Source: an uncultured Flavobacteriaceae bacterium
GTDB taxonomy: Bacteria; Bacteroidota; Bacteroidia; Flavobacteriales; Flavobacteriaceae
DNA length: 64,000 nucleotides
Direction of reading: 5' to 3'
Assembly (NCBI GenBank): GCA_964517835.1
Contig: CAZFEV010000012.1
Span: 2,896 to 66,895 of the forward strand
A program made the position numbers and the translations under genes. The notes beneath the pieces were generated by a model, which saw only the letters and a list, made by a program, of their open reading frames with translations, did not search any database and was not told the DNA's origin. How positions within the stretch are numbered: position 1 is the stretch's first letter; each line of letters opens with the position of its first letter. This document shows, piece after piece, positions 19,048 through 30,953 of this stretch.

Positions 19048-20970
19048 TTACTTTAGATTGTCACGATTATTTATATTCTTAAACTTAATTGTAAATTTAG
19101 AACCCTTATCATAGGTATAATCTACTGAGCCACCAAGTTGAGCTGCCAAACTACTAACGAGTACCATTCCTAAACTTTCAGATTCATCGACGTTAAAACC
19201 TTCTGGTAAACCTTCACCATTATCTCTAACCATTAACTCATAAAATTCATCATCGCTTAGCTTACTTACACTAATCTGAAGAATTTTATTGTCGCCATGT
19301 AAGGCATACTTATAGGCGTTTGTTAGAAGCTCATTTACAATTAACCCTATAGGTACAGATGTATCTAAATCGAAACTGTATTTAGGAATGTCAATAATTA
19401 CTTCAGGATGATGAGTGTCTGCAAACATTGAAGAAATATCATTCACCAAGTCATTTATGAACGTATCTATTTCAAATAAGAAATGGTCATTACCATATAA
19501 TCGTTTATGGGTTAATGCCATGGTATGTATTCTGTTTTTGCTATCTTCTAGAAGTGCACGTGCCTTTTCATTATCTATAGACATAGATTGAATATCTAAA
19601 ATACCCGAAATCATATTAAAGTTATTCTTAATTCTATGATGGATCTCTTTTAACAGCCAATCTTTTTCTTTGTCTTGCTTTTCTATAAGTTCGTTTCGTT
19701 CTTTTAATTCTCGTTTCTGCCTAATATTTCTGAAGTATAGGAAGATTAAAAGCGCATTAGATATTAAAGCGCCAATCGCAGATATGGTATATATCTTAGT
19801 TTTATCCTTTTCAAACTCTAGTTCTTTCTCCTTTTCCTTTAACTCTTGTTCGGACTTAAAACTTTGGATAGAATTTGATAAATCTTGAGAATAAATATCT
19901 TCTCTTAAATTCAAAGTTTCCTTAAACTTCCTTATTGACTCTTTAAGGTAGCCTTTATATTCTAACAAAATAGCATTATACCGTACTAAACCATAATAAG
20001 AACTTGGGTCTAAGTAGTTTTTTCCTTCTTCTTCAGTTTTTTTAACAAAGTCAATAATATCTGTAGCCTGAAATTGCTCTAATATTTCCTTTTCTAAAGG
20101 GCTGTCTTTTTCGAGTGTTCGTAGTAAAAATGAATAACTCTGAAAACTTGCAACTTTCATAGAAGGGTCATTAAACATACCATCTAATAGCGCTTTAGCT
20201 TGATCCTCTAGGTTACCTTTAAAAATGTATGCGTCGGTTAGTTTTTCTAAGGTCTCAGTATATATAATTGTTTTCTCTGATAGGTTTTTTTCTATATCAA
20301 TACTTTTCTCAGCCGAAGTAATGTAACCATCAATATCATGATCATAAATAAGAAAATCACACAAATAGGTTCTATAAATCGCTTCTAACGGTTTATTACC
20401 TATTTGCTCAATTTCAACCAATCTTTTTAAAATATCTGCTTTACCTGTTAGGTCTTTTTCAATAACTTTTAAAATGATTTCATGCACATCAAAATATAAT
20501 TGTGCAATATGGTAATTAGGGTCATCTTCACTAAAGGAAGTAATATAATCCTGTAACCTTTCATTTTCATGTGTTGCTTTATCAATTTTAGCTATATCTC
20601 TTAATCGATGAATATAAATCCATTTGGTTATGACATAATCTATATCTATCTGGCTACCAGTTGGTTCTTTAAGATTTTCTATATAATCAAAAAACCATTT
20701 ATCTCTAGAGTTAAATTGCGCCTTAAAAATACTACTAGCAAATCGTCTATAGTCCTTGTAAGTCGCTTGGTCTTTTGCAATCGCTTCTAAGGATCTTGTG
20801 TATGAGGCTAAATCCTCCTTAAGATCGGGTATTAAAAATAATGCAGAATCATAATTACGTTGAAGAATATGGTCTTCTATGCGCATAACGTCCTTATAAT
20901 TATTGTCTGTCTGTGCATTCAAAAAAATACAGACAAATGCCAACAAAATTGTTAAGAATTTGATTTTCAT
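19048..20970 (-). CDS. Sensor histidine kinase (HisKA_2 type) with helical-repeat periplasmic sensor
   Basis: Signal peptide, one TM, KEIHHRIKNN H-box, NELLTNAYKY, DNGEG, SLGM. Confidence 0.9.
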   Translation of the reverse strand: MKIKFLTILLAFVCIFLNAQTDNNYKDVMRIEDHILQRNYDSALFLIPDLKEDLASYTRSLEAIAKDQATYKDYRRFASSIFKAQFNSRDKWFFDYIENLKEPTGSQIDIDYVITKWIYIHRLRDIAKIDKATHENERLQDYITSFSEDDPNYHIAQLYFDVHEIILKVIEKDLTGKADILKRLVEIEQIGNKPLEAIYRTYLCDFLIYDHDIDGYITSAEKSIDIEKNLSEKTIIYTETLEKLTDAYIFKGNLEDQAKALLDGMFNDPSMKVASFQSYSFLLRTLEKDSPLEKEILEQFQATDIIDFVKKTEEEGKNYLDPSSYYGLVRYNAILLEYKGYLKESIRKFKETLNLREDIYSQDLSNSIQSFKSEQELKEKEKELEFEKDKTKIYTISAIGALISNALLIFLYFRNIRQKRELKERNELIEKQDKEKDWLLKEIHHRIKNNFNMISGILDIQSMSIDNEKARALLEDSKNRIHTMALTHKRLYGNDHFLFEIDTFINDLVNDISSMFADTHHPEVIIDIPKYSFDLDTSVPIGLIVNELLTNAYKYALHGDNKILQISVSKLSDDEFYELMVRDNGEGLPEGFNVDESESLGMVLVSSLAAQLGGSVDYTYDKGSKFTIKFKNINNRDNLK

Positions 20971-21045
20971 AAGGGTTTAATAAGCGATACATGGCAATTT
21001 AGCATAAAACCATCCTAAATACCTTATCATTTGTCAATAAAAAAT

Positions 21046-22986
21046 CTATTCATTTTCAACAGCTAGTCTCTTATTAATATCCTTAAATTCTACGATAAAA
21101 TTGGCTCCATTATCGTAAAAATAAGACAAGCTACCTTGTAGTTGCTGTGCGAAACTATTTACTATGACCATTCCCAAGCTTTCGGAGGTATGCACATCAA
21201 AACCTTGATCAAGTCCTTTACCATTATCCTTCACTTTTAATTGGTAACTATCATTTGAAGTTTTAGTAACACTAATGGTTAACTCAGGTTTTTCAGTATC
21301 TAAGCCATACTTAAAAGCATTAGTCACCAACTCATTAATAATTAAACCAATTGGGACTGAAGTATCAACACCAAAAGTATATTTTGGAACCTTCACTGTA
21401 ATATTAGGGTTTTTTACATCCTGAAACATGCAAGAAATATCCTTGACTAAATCTTTAACAAAAATCTCAAAATCTAATGAAATATCATCGTTCTTATATA
21501 GACGTTGATGTGTTAAAGCCATGGTTTTTATTCTGCTTTTACTGTCTTCAATAAGTGCTAAGGCATCTTCATCTTTAATGAACGAGGATTGAATTTCTAG
21601 AATTCCTGAAATAGTGTGAAAGTTATTCTTTATTCTATGATGTATTTCTTTAAGTAACCATTCCTTTTCTTTCTCTCTTTTTGCGATGGCCTTCCTTTGT
21701 CTGTTTATTTTCTTGTTCTTCCTTTTTAATTTGATCTTTTGCCTTTTAATTCTATGATAAGTCAGCACCAATAAAATTGTTGATATTAATGCCAAAGATG
21801 CTACTGCTATATAAAGTATTTTTTGAAACTTTTGATTTTCAATTTCTTTGTTTTTTGACAATTCAAGATTCTCTAACTCTAAGTTTTTAATTTCTTTATA
21901 AAACTTTTTGTCTCGATTGTGGTTTTTGGTTGAATCTGAGTATTTAAGAAAGAGTTGGAGATACTTTTTAGAATTGTTTACATCTCCTTTATCAAGATAA
22001 ACTTTAGTTAAGACTTCGGCTATATTGTCTTTTTTAGAAACTTCTGACGTAAGATAAGCCTTCTCTAAATGAAAAATTGATTTATCTAATTGATCTGTTT
22101 TTGCATAAATTTTACCATAGGTAAAATTAATATCGGTTTCTAGGAATAAATCTTCTTCGTAAGCTTTGAGTAAATTTTCTGATTGCTTATTTAACTCTAT
22201 TGCTTTATCATATTCACCCTTATTAAAATAAATCGTGGCTAGTGTATTTTTTACATAGGCAACATTATAATCATCCTCATTTATCAATTGCATTGATCTA
22301 TTCGCATAATTTAGAGCCTTATCGTAGTCACGATACTTAATATAAAGAAGTGATAATTGATCAGCGGCTTCAGCCTCTAGGCTTGTATCATTAGCTTCAA
22401 GAGAAATGTCTATTGCCTTGAAATAGTAAGATTCAGCTTCTTCAAAATCGTCTAATTCGGCAAAAATATTTGCGATGTTTACATGTGCTGCAGCTGCGGC
22501 ATTTTTATCTTCTCGATTGATATCAACTTCAATGACCTTTTTATACGATTTTACCGCTTTTAATAGATCCGAGTTATAATAATGTATCATCCCTTGGACA
22601 TTGTGCGCAGCGGCTACTCTAGAAAAATGAGCATTTAATTCAATAACCTGATCGGTAAGCATCAATGCGTCTTCATACTCCCCTTTAAAAACTTTAGCTA
22701 CTGCGATTTTAATTATCCCTGAAGAATACCCGTAATCGTAATCTATTTCTTTAGATAAAGTCTTTATTTTCTCCCCAACGATTATAGCACTATCAATATC
22801 TACATACCAATAATGAGTAGCCAATTGATCATAATAATCGATTTGCTTTTCTTTGGAAGAAGCTGTATTAATAAGATTTAAAAGACTATCCGAAACTTTT
22901 TGCTGACCATGACTACTAAAAGGTAGACTACCTAAAACTATTATTAGGTATAACCATATCATATTTATAGAAGTAGTCTTTATCAT
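21046..22986 (-). CDS. TPR-sensor histidine kinase (HisKA_2 type)
   Basis: TPR-like repeats (AHVNIANIF...AESYYFKA), TM, KEIHHRIKNN, NELVTNAFKY, DNGKG. Confidence 0.9.
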   Translation of the reverse strand: MIKTTSINMIWLYLIIVLGSLPFSSHGQQKVSDSLLNLINTASSKEKQIDYYDQLATHYWYVDIDSAIIVGEKIKTLSKEIDYDYGYSSGIIKIAVAKVFKGEYEDALMLTDQVIELNAHFSRVAAAHNVQGMIHYYNSDLLKAVKSYKKVIEVDINREDKNAAAAAHVNIANIFAELDDFEEAESYYFKAIDISLEANDTSLEAEAADQLSLLYIKYRDYDKALNYANRSMQLINEDDYNVAYVKNTLATIYFNKGEYDKAIELNKQSENLLKAYEEDLFLETDINFTYGKIYAKTDQLDKSIFHLEKAYLTSEVSKKDNIAEVLTKVYLDKGDVNNSKKYLQLFLKYSDSTKNHNRDKKFYKEIKNLELENLELSKNKEIENQKFQKILYIAVASLALISTILLVLTYHRIKRQKIKLKRKNKKINRQRKAIAKREKEKEWLLKEIHHRIKNNFHTISGILEIQSSFIKDEDALALIEDSKSRIKTMALTHQRLYKNDDISLDFEIFVKDLVKDISCMFQDVKNPNITVKVPKYTFGVDTSVPIGLIINELVTNAFKYGLDTEKPELTISVTKTSNDSYQLKVKDNGKGLDQGFDVHTSESLGMVIVNSFAQQLQGSLSYFYDNGANFIVEFKDINKRLAVENE

Positions 22987-23189
22987 TAAGTAAGGGCCAC
23001 AAAATGGTAAGCAAAGTTATAACTTAAAACTTCAGCCCTTCTTATCATATAATAATAAAGCATTGAAGATCAACGGTTATTTCGCTCAATACATCTAATC
23101 TTCAGTTTAGACCTTTAAATTTCACAAAGACTGTGAACTTATTCATATACTCGTAATCAAAAGGTCCTCTAAGGGTTATATAAATAATA

Positions 23190-23219
23190 AAGGCCTAGAC
23201 AGATATTGTCTAGGACTTT
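23190..23219 (-). terminator. Intrinsic terminator after sdhB
   Basis: AAGGCCTAGACA-GATAT-TGTCTAGGACTTT hairpin with A-rich flank. Confidence 0.65.
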
Positions 23220-23245
23220 AATTTATTCTTATTAGGTAATAGAAA

Positions 23246-23992
23246 TTACACTAAGGTCGCCTTTATATGCTCTCTATTCATTCTGGCAATATTCTCTAAA
23301 GAAATACCTTTTGGACATTCTACTTCACAAGCACCAGTATTTGTACAGTTTCCAAAACCTTCTTCGTCCATTTGCTTCACCATATTTAATACACGGTCCG
23401 TTGCTTCTACTTGTCCTTGTGGTAGCAGTGCAAACTGTGATACCTTTGCAGACACAAATAACATAGCAGAAGAGTTTTTACAAGTTGCTACACATGCACC
23501 ACATCCTATACAGGTAGCTGCATCAAAAGCCTTATCCGCGTTTTCTTTTTCAATTGGAATAGCATTTGCATCTTGTGTATTACCAGAGGTATTTACAGAA
23601 ATAAATCCACCTGCTTGCTGAATTCTATCAAAAGCTGTTCTATCTACGATTAAATCTTTAATCACCGGAAATGCCTTTGCTCTCCAAGGCTCTATATATA
23701 TAGTATCACCATCTTTAAAACTTCTCATGTGTAATTGACAAGCCGTAATTTTGGTTTGAGGCCCATGAGCTCTACCATTAATATATAAAGAACATGTACC
23801 GCATATACCTTCTCTACAATCGTGATCGAAAGCTACAGGTTGCTCACCTTTTTCAATTAACTCTTGATTCAACACATCTAACATCTCAAGAAAAGACATG
23901 TCAGGTGAAATATTGCTTATAGGATAATCAACTATTTGACCCTTATCATTAGCATCTTTTTGACGCCATATTTTTAACGTTAAATTCATCAT
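23246..23992 (-). CDS. sdhB: Succinate dehydrogenase/fumarate reductase Fe-S subunit
   Basis: [32 protein letters not shown]. Confidence 0.96.
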   Translation of the reverse strand: MMNLTLKIWRQKDANDKGQIVDYPISNISPDMSFLEMLDVLNQELIEKGEQPVAFDHDCREGICGTCSLYINGRAHGPQTKITACQLHMRSFKDGDTIYIEPWRAKAFPVIKDLIVDRTAFDRIQQAGGFISVNTSGNTQDANAIPIEKENADKAFDAATCIGCGACVATCKNSSAMLFVSAKVSQFALLPQGQVEATDRVLNMVKQMDEEGFGNCTNTGACEVECPKGISLENIARMNREHIKATLV

Positions 23993-24000
23993 AGCTTTTT

Positions 24001-26001
24001 TTATTTGTAACTTCTCTCTTTCACTTCAATATTGTTGTACTCTAATGGTTCTTTATGATGAACGGCCTCACTTGGCTGTCCTTTATACTCCCATGCTGAT
24101 ACATATTGGTATTCTTTAACACGTAAGGCTTCTCCACCTTCGGTTTGATACTCTTCTCTAAAGTGACCACCAGCAGATTCATTGCGCTCTAAGGCGTCTT
24201 TAGCAAATAACTCACCTAATTCTAGGAAGTCTGCTACGCGACCTGCTTTAGCCAATTCTTCATTGTATTCATTTTCAGTTCCTGGAACAAACACGTCCTT
24301 GTAGAACTCTTCTCTTAATGCTGCTATTTCGTCTATGGCCTCTTTAAGCTCCTTTTCATTTCTCGCCATACCACATTTATTCCACATGATTTTACCTAAA
24401 CGCTTATGGAAGTGATCTACCGATTTTGTTCCTTGATTATTTATTAGCTTATTAATGTTATCTCTAACATTTTTCTCAGCCTCTTCAAACTCGGCTGTCT
24501 CAGTAGAAATTGGTCCTGTTCTTATATCATGAGACAAGTAATCACCAATTGTATATGGTAACACAAAATAACCATCTGCTAGACCTTGCATCAATGCAGA
24601 AGCTCCAAGACGGTTAGCACCGTGATCTGAGAAATTTGCCTCACCAATAGCATATAAACCAGGAACAGTAGTCATCAAATTATAATCTACCCATAATCCA
24701 CCCATAGTGTAATGTACTGCAGGGTAAATCATCATTGGTGTTTCATATGGGTTTTGATCTACGATTTTTTCGTACATCTGGAATAAGTTACCGTACTTAT
24801 TCTCTACAACCTTCTTACCTAGATCTGTAACTACTTTCTTGTCATCTACATCAAGCCCTTTAATGTAGGCTTGCTCCTTACCATATCTTTCTATGGCTGA
24901 AGCAAAATCTAAATATACTGCCTCACCTGTCTGATTAACACCATATCCTGCATCACAACGCTCTTTAGCTGCTCTAGATGCAACATCACGTGGTACTAAG
25001 TTACCAAAGGCAGGATAACGACGTTCTAAATAATAGTCTCTATCTTCTTCTGCCAATTCTGTAGGCTTTAAACTCCCATTTCTAATGGCTTCAACATCCT
25101 TTTTGTGCTTAGGTACCCAAATACGACCATCATTTCTTAGAGATTCTGACATCAATGTTAATTTTGACTGATGATCTCCAGAAACCGGAATACATGTTGG
25201 GTGAATTTGAGTGTAACAAGGATTTGCAAAGAATGCACCACGTTTGTGAGCTTTCCATGCGGCTGTGACATTACTTCCCATCGCATAAGTTGAAAGATAA
25301 AATGCATTTCCGTATCCACCTGTACCTAAAACAACTGCGTGAGCAGAATGTCTTTCTATTTCACCTGTCACTAAGTTTCGTGCTATAATTCCTCTGGCTT
25401 TACCATCTACAATTACAACATCTAACATTTCATGACGTGTATACATTTTTATTTTACCACGACCAATTTGTCTGTTCATTGCTGCGTAAGCACCAAGTAA
25501 CAATTGCTGTCCTGTTTGACCTTTTGCGTAGAACGTTCTTGATACTAAAACACCTCCAAAAGAACGGTTGTCTAGTAATCCACCGTATTCTCTTGCGAAA
25601 GGAACACCTTGCGCCACACACTGGTCAATAATATTTGTAGAAACCTCAGCAAGACGATACACGTTTGCTTCTCTAGAACGGTAATCACCACCTTTTACAG
25701 TATCATAAAATAATCTGTATGTAGAATCACCATCACCTTGATAGTTTTTTGCAGCGTTAATTCCTCCTTGTGCAGCAATAGAGTGCGCACGTCTTGGGGA
25801 ATCTTGAAAACAAAATGCTTTTACATTGTATCCTAACTCGGCAAGTGTTGCTGCTGCAGAACCACCTGCTAAACCTGTACCAACAATAATCACGTCTATA
25901 AGTCGCTTGTTAGCTGGGTTAACTAGGTTAATATCGTTTTTATGCTTTGTCCATTTATCCGCTAAAGGGCCTTCTGGTATTTTAGAATCTAATATTGACA
26001 T
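24001..26001 (-). CDS. sdhA: Succinate dehydrogenase/fumarate reductase flavoprotein subunit
   Basis: VGTGLAG FAD motif, [27 protein letters not shown]. Confidence 0.96.
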   Translation of the reverse strand: MSILDSKIPEGPLADKWTKHKNDINLVNPANKRLIDVIIVGTGLAGGSAAATLAELGYNVKAFCFQDSPRRAHSIAAQGGINAAKNYQGDGDSTYRLFYDTVKGGDYRSREANVYRLAEVSTNIIDQCVAQGVPFAREYGGLLDNRSFGGVLVSRTFYAKGQTGQQLLLGAYAAMNRQIGRGKIKMYTRHEMLDVVIVDGKARGIIARNLVTGEIERHSAHAVVLGTGGYGNAFYLSTYAMGSNVTAAWKAHKRGAFFANPCYTQIHPTCIPVSGDHQSKLTLMSESLRNDGRIWVPKHKKDVEAIRNGSLKPTELAEEDRDYYLERRYPAFGNLVPRDVASRAAKERCDAGYGVNQTGEAVYLDFASAIERYGKEQAYIKGLDVDDKKVVTDLGKKVVENKYGNLFQMYEKIVDQNPYETPMMIYPAVHYTMGGLWVDYNLMTTVPGLYAIGEANFSDHGANRLGASALMQGLADGYFVLPYTIGDYLSHDIRTGPISTETAEFEEAEKNVRDNINKLINNQGTKSVDHFHKRLGKIMWNKCGMARNEKELKEAIDEIAALREEFYKDVFVPGTENEYNEELAKAGRVADFLELGELFAKDALERNESAGGHFREEYQTEGGEALRVKEYQYVSAWEYKGQPSEAVHHKEPLEYNNIEVKERSYK

Positions 26002-26012
26002 AGTAATTTTTT

Positions 26013-26699
26013 TTAATGTGTAAAGTGATGATAAACTGCAATAAAAATGAAAAGCGCAGGTATACCAATAGAATATACTTTACTAAATCCTTTAAGACCT
26101 TTTATATACTTATTGTTTGCACCAATTGATTGGAAAGATGAATTAAAACCATGAAGTAAATGTAAGGCTAACAACACAAAACAAACTGAATAAAAGACCA
26201 CACGCCATGGGTCAACAAATTTTGCTCTTAATTCTTCGTAATATCTAAATCCGGATTCAGCAATGTTAGGATCTTTAAGACCACTCATATCTCCTTCAAT
26301 ATACTTCACAGTCATCTCATGAACCCAAAAATCGTACATGTGTAAAAATAAAAATGCCAAGACTACAATACCTGTTAACAGCATATTTCTTGACATCCAT
26401 GTAGAATTATCTTTGGCAGAGTTACTAGCATATTTTACACCACGCGATGCTTGGTTTTTTGCTTCTAAAACAAATCCCATAACAAAATGGAAAATGACAC
26501 CTACAATTAAAATAGGTTGCATTAAACCTTGAACAAGTGGATTTGTCCCCATAAAATGGGATAAATCATTAAAAAGTTCTTCACTGAATACAGATGTGAA
26601 ATTAATGGAAACGTGCATTACAAGAAAAACCATTAGAAAGAGTGCCGAAAGTGCCATGGCAAACTTTCTACCAATTGAAGAATTTAAAATTCCGCTCAT
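26013..26699 (-). CDS. sdhC: Succinate dehydrogenase cytochrome b subunit
   Basis: [12 protein letters not shown], five TM helices with heme-ligand His residues, first gene of sdhCAB. Confidence 0.93.
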   Translation of the reverse strand: MSGILNSSIGRKFAMALSALFLMVFLVMHVSINFTSVFSEELFNDLSHFMGTNPLVQGLMQPILIVGVIFHFVMGFVLEAKNQASRGVKYASNSAKDNSTWMSRNMLLTGIVVLAFLFLHMYDFWVHEMTVKYIEGDMSGLKDPNIAESGFRYYEELRAKFVDPWRVVFYSVCFVLLALHLLHGFNSSFQSIGANNKYIKGLKGFSKVYSIGIPALFIFIAVYHHFTH

Positions 26700-26726
26700 T
26701 ATTGATAAATAGTTATGTTAGTCGAG

Positions 26727-26799
26727 CAAAAATACAGTAGAATGCGCGGTTTAACAACTGACTAATGTCATAAATGTTTATTTAGAATGGTTATAATTA
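26727..26799 (-). promoter_or_regulatory. sdhC promoter with upstream 21-bp palindromic operator
   Basis: Minus-strand TATTTTTG (26727-26734) and TTG (26755-26757); TATTTAGA-ATGGT-TATAATTA at 26779-26799. Confidence 0.6.
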
Positions 26800-26828
26800 A
26801 TCTGCCGAATCTTGAAAATTCTAATGGT

Positions 26829-28064
26829 TTATTTGAGGATAAGCACCTCCACACGTCTGTTTCTTGCTCTTCCTTCAGCGGTTAAATTGTCATCTATAGG
26901 ATTTGACTCGCCAAGACCCTCAATATCAATTCGATCTTTTGAAATTCCGCTATCAGCCAAATAATTTCTAACCGCACTTGCTCGCATGTAAGACAGTCTT
27001 CTGTTAGCCTCATAACTTCCTGCACTGTCCGTATGGCCAACAATTTTAAATCTTGTATCAGCTGGTTCTTTGGTCAAAATCTTTACAAGCTCTTGTAAGT
27101 GTATATATGTGTCTTGCTTAAAGTTATAATTACCCGATTCAAATTTAATTTTGCTTGCTATTAACTCTACATCTTTGCGCTGAGTATCCGTATCAGTGAC
27201 GTCTGTATCTGCCTCAGTATTTTCAGTTTCTGAATTATCTGCTGGAGCTAATGGACAACCATTATTTGCCGGATCTCCTTTTATTTGCGGACAATGATCA
27301 GCACTATCTATAACGCCATCTCTATCTGAATCTATCAACGGGCAACCAAAATTAGAAGGTAAACCAGAAGTTCTCGGACAATAATCCTTATCATCAGGCA
27401 CACCATCAGAATCTGAATCTTTAATTACTGTTTCGGTTTCATCACTTTTGTTTCTTTCCTTTTTAGGTTTTTTCAACCCTAAATCAATGAGTACACCAAA
27501 AGAGTATAAGAAATGTGAAGATTCATATTGACTCTGAATGTCGCCTAATATATTCTTTACCGTAGCATTAAAATCGAGACCAAATCGGTCTGACAACCAC
27601 ACAGAAACACCAGCACCATAGTTTAAAGTAAAAGTACCTTCACTTATCTCAAAATAACCTGCACCAGCATTACCATAAAAATCAAGATAAGACAATCCTT
27701 CACCAAAATTCAAGAGTTCATTAAAATACACTTTGCCATTAACATCAAAAGCAAAATATATCTGACGCTCTTCAACTGTAATTCCATCAATGACACCTTC
27801 AAACGGTTCCCAATTATTTACACTACTTGTCGCATTTACACCAAAAATTCTATTGATTCTTTTTTCAATTCCAAAAGTGAGTGGCAATGACCCAAAAGCA
27901 TTTTCGTTAACAAAAGGAATACCGTTAATTGCTTCTCTTGCGCCACGACTATCTACAACGTTAACACCAGCCTTAAAAATCCATTCATCGTAGGTTTTAC
28001 TTTTTTCTTGAGTTAATCCTAGTTGAGAGCTTACTAGAAAAACAAGAATAATTACTTTTTTCAT
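26829..28064 (-). CDS. OmpA family protein with thrombospondin type-3-like repeats
   Basis: N-terminal barrel, DSDSDGVPDDKDYCP and DSDRDGVIDSADHCP repeats, GHTD...LSYMRA...NRRVE. Confidence 0.92.
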   Translation of the reverse strand: MKKVIILVFLVSSQLGLTQEKSKTYDEWIFKAGVNVVDSRGAREAINGIPFVNENAFGSLPLTFGIEKRINRIFGVNATSSVNNWEPFEGVIDGITVEERQIYFAFDVNGKVYFNELLNFGEGLSYLDFYGNAGAGYFEISEGTFTLNYGAGVSVWLSDRFGLDFNATVKNILGDIQSQYESSHFLYSFGVLIDLGLKKPKKERNKSDETETVIKDSDSDGVPDDKDYCPRTSGLPSNFGCPLIDSDRDGVIDSADHCPQIKGDPANNGCPLAPADNSETENTEADTDVTDTDTQRKDVELIASKIKFESGNYNFKQDTYIHLQELVKILTKEPADTRFKIVGHTDSAGSYEANRRLSYMRASAVRNYLADSGISKDRIDIEGLGESNPIDDNLTAEGRARNRRVEVLILK

Positions 28065-28106
28065 ACGTGATTGTATTAATTTCTGTTGCTAATTACAATA
28101 TATTAA

Positions 28107-30953
28107 TTATTCAACAAACATTTGAGTTTCAAAACTTTCTATTTTCACTGAATAATTACCTTTTGGTAAATAATATTTACCATTACTTGCCTTTTTAATC
28201 ACCAAATCGTCGTTTTCTTTCATTAATGCCTTTCTGCCTTTTTCGGTAATTGTTAGGTCATAATCTACATAGTTAAACCCTTTGTCTGCTTTAACTTTTA
28301 TTACTTTTAATTCTACTCCTTTTTCAGATAAGATTTTAATTGTTTTTTCTCCTGATGATTTACTATAAAATTGAATAGTTTTCTGAGGTTCATAGGCATC
28401 TAACCACTTACTCCAAGAACTTCCCCATCGGCTAGAATACTTAATAGGCATTATATCAAAAATCGTGATAGGCTGTGATTTTAATTTATTAATATCGTAT
28501 TGTAATGGCGTAACATTGGTTTTATAAATACTTCTACCATGAGTCCCAAGCAATACATCATTAGCTTCTGTTTGTAGCACAATATCATGAACGGCAACAT
28601 TTGGCAATCCGTTAGAAAATGCTTCCCAACTTGCTCCCATATCAAAAGACACATATGCGCCATTATCTGTACCTACATACAATACCTTTTCATTGGTTGC
28701 ATCTTCTTTAATGACATTAACTGGTGATGCCGGTATGCCTTGTCCAATACTCTTCCATGTAGTTCCATAATCTTCACTCATATAGACATAGACACTAAAA
28801 TCGTCCCATCTGTAGCCGTTTAAAGTGACATAAACACGTTCTTTTTTATGCTGTGAAGCCACAACTCTACTTACCCATAAGTCTTTAGGTAATCCTGAAA
28901 GGTTATTCCAATTGCTTCCACCATTTCGGGTTACTTGCACTAAACCATCATCACTTCCTGTATAGATTAATCCAAACTGAAAAGGACTTTCACTAATAGA
29001 GGTTAGTGTACCATAGGCGACATTTCCTTTTTTACCGCCATTAGTTAAATCATCACTAATGGCTTCCCAATCATCACCTTGATTCATGGAACGCATCAGT
29101 TTATTACCTCCTAAATACAAAATATCTTGATTGTGGGAAGATAGCAAAATTGGGGTTTGCCAATTGAATCTGTAAGGTGTTTCACCTAGTGTATGTTTTG
29201 GTTGAATGTATTTCTGGTCTTGAGTTTCGAGATTGAGTCTGTAATACGTTCCGAATTGAAAACCAGTATAGACAATATTAGAATTTCTATTATCAATTTG
29301 AATTTGCATGCCATCGCCACCCATTATCATTTCCCATGGGTATTGACCACGTTGATGCCAACCTTTGTCTTCACGAGCGTTGTGCGCTCCTTTCCAAACT
29401 CCATTATCTTGAAGTCCTCCATACACATTATAGGGTTGTTCATAATCTACATTTATAGCATAAAATTGACCAACTGAAGGTGAATTGTTCTTTATCCAAT
29501 GTTCACCATCATCATAAGTGATATTGACTCCACCATCATTTCCATTTACCAAATGATTAGGATCTTTAGGATTTATCCATAACGCATGATGATCGGCATG
29601 TACATTTTCTGCACTGATTGAAGTAAAGCTCTTTCCCCCATCTTTAGATTTTAATATCGGAACACCATAAATATAAATGTCATTATCATCAACTGGTGAC
29701 ACATGAATATGTCCAAAGTAATAACCGTAACTAAAATACACGCCATCTAAATAGTCATCGTGAGTTTTCTTCCAGGTTTTCCCACCATTGGTACTTTTAT
29801 AAACCTCAGCACCAATTACTGGCGTATCAAATAGCATAGAATTTGCATCTTCAAGGTATTTCGCCAAATCAACTGGCTTTGCCTTATCGTTGCTAATCAT
29901 ATCTTTTACATGAGATGCCGTATATGTTCTAGGGAAACCATTTGATCTTAAAAATCTGTTGAGGCTTTTATCTGTCAATGCCAAGAATTCATCTTTTGAC
30001 ATACTCTTGAAGTCTTCTTTTGTTAGACCTTCATTTCCATCAGATGTTTTACCCTTTTCTTGCGGACGCCTAAACTGATTGTCGTGTACCGCATACACCA
30101 CATTATCATTAAACACTGCGACACCAATCCTACCAACTCCTTCGCCGGTTGGGAAACCGCTTTTTTCGGTAGATACTTTTTCCCATGTTTCACCAGCATC
30201 TGTACTTTTATAAATGGCAGAATTGCTACCGTTTCCTTTAAAATTCCATGCTTTTCTATCTTTAGTCCAAGAGGTGGCATACATTACATTATAATTACTT
30301 GGACTACACTGCAAATCAATGATGCCACTCATATCATCTACAAACAAGGTTTGTTTCCATGTTTTGCCTCCATCAGTTGTTTTATACACACCACGTTCCT
30401 TATTAGGAGAATACAAATGACCTGTAACACCTACTGTCACCACATCTGGATTATCTGGGTGAACTAAAATCGGTGCAAAGTGATGGGCGTCCATAAGCCC
30501 AATATTTTCCCAATTTTTACCATTGTCAGTAGATTTTAGGATACCTATACCTGCATAAGAAGATCTTGAGGCATTATTCTCACCAGTACCAACATAAATC
30601 GTTCTTGTTGGCCAATGCACAGCAATGTCTCCTACATTTTGGGTGTCTGAACTGTCTAAAATTGGTGTAAATGTTGTCCCATTGTTGGTTGTGTGCCAAA
30701 CACCTCCAGAAGCGTATCCTACATAAAACTCTGATGGCATTTCTGGATTAACATCTAAATCAACTACGCGACCACTCATAATGGTTGGACCAATATTTTC
30801 GAATGGTACATTTTTCACCAAAGAGGTTTGCATCATTTCACGCTTTTCTTTCAAAGCATTTTTTATAGTTTCAGATGACGTTGCTGGTTGTTGTGCAAAA
30901 GAAATCACTGTACTTAAGCCAAGTACAACCGATAGAAATTTCATATAAGACAT
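28107..30953 (-). CDS. Secreted BNR/Asp-box (VPS10-like) beta-propeller protein, putative glycosyl hydrolase
   Basis: IGPTIMSGRV and many S/TxDxGxxW Asp-boxes; HADHHALW, GNDGG. Confidence 0.85.
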   Translation of the reverse strand: MSYMKFLSVVLGLSTVISFAQQPATSSETIKNALKEKREMMQTSLVKNVPFENIGPTIMSGRVVDLDVNPEMPSEFYVGYASGGVWHTTNNGTTFTPILDSSDTQNVGDIAVHWPTRTIYVGTGENNASRSSYAGIGILKSTDNGKNWENIGLMDAHHFAPILVHPDNPDVVTVGVTGHLYSPNKERGVYKTTDGGKTWKQTLFVDDMSGIIDLQCSPSNYNVMYATSWTKDRKAWNFKGNGSNSAIYKSTDAGETWEKVSTEKSGFPTGEGVGRIGVAVFNDNVVYAVHDNQFRRPQEKGKTSDGNEGLTKEDFKSMSKDEFLALTDKSLNRFLRSNGFPRTYTASHVKDMISNDKAKPVDLAKYLEDANSMLFDTPVIGAEVYKSTNGGKTWKKTHDDYLDGVYFSYGYYFGHIHVSPVDDNDIYIYGVPILKSKDGGKSFTSISAENVHADHHALWINPKDPNHLVNGNDGGVNITYDDGEHWIKNNSPSVGQFYAINVDYEQPYNVYGGLQDNGVWKGAHNAREDKGWHQRGQYPWEMIMGGDGMQIQIDNRNSNIVYTGFQFGTYYRLNLETQDQKYIQPKHTLGETPYRFNWQTPILLSSHNQDILYLGGNKLMRSMNQGDDWEAISDDLTNGGKKGNVAYGTLTSISESPFQFGLIYTGSDDGLVQVTRNGGSNWNNLSGLPKDLWVSRVVASQHKKERVYVTLNGYRWDDFSVYVYMSEDYGTTWKSIGQGIPASPVNVIKEDATNEKVLYVGTDNGAYVSFDMGASWEAFSNGLPNVAVHDIVLQTEANDVLLGTHGRSIYKTNVTPLQYDINKLKSQPITIFDIMPIKYSSRWGSSWSKWLDAYEPQKTIQFYSKSSGEKTIKILSEKGVELKVIKVKADKGFNYVDYDLTITEKGRKALMKENDDLVIKKASNGKYYLPKGNYSVKIESFETQMFVE

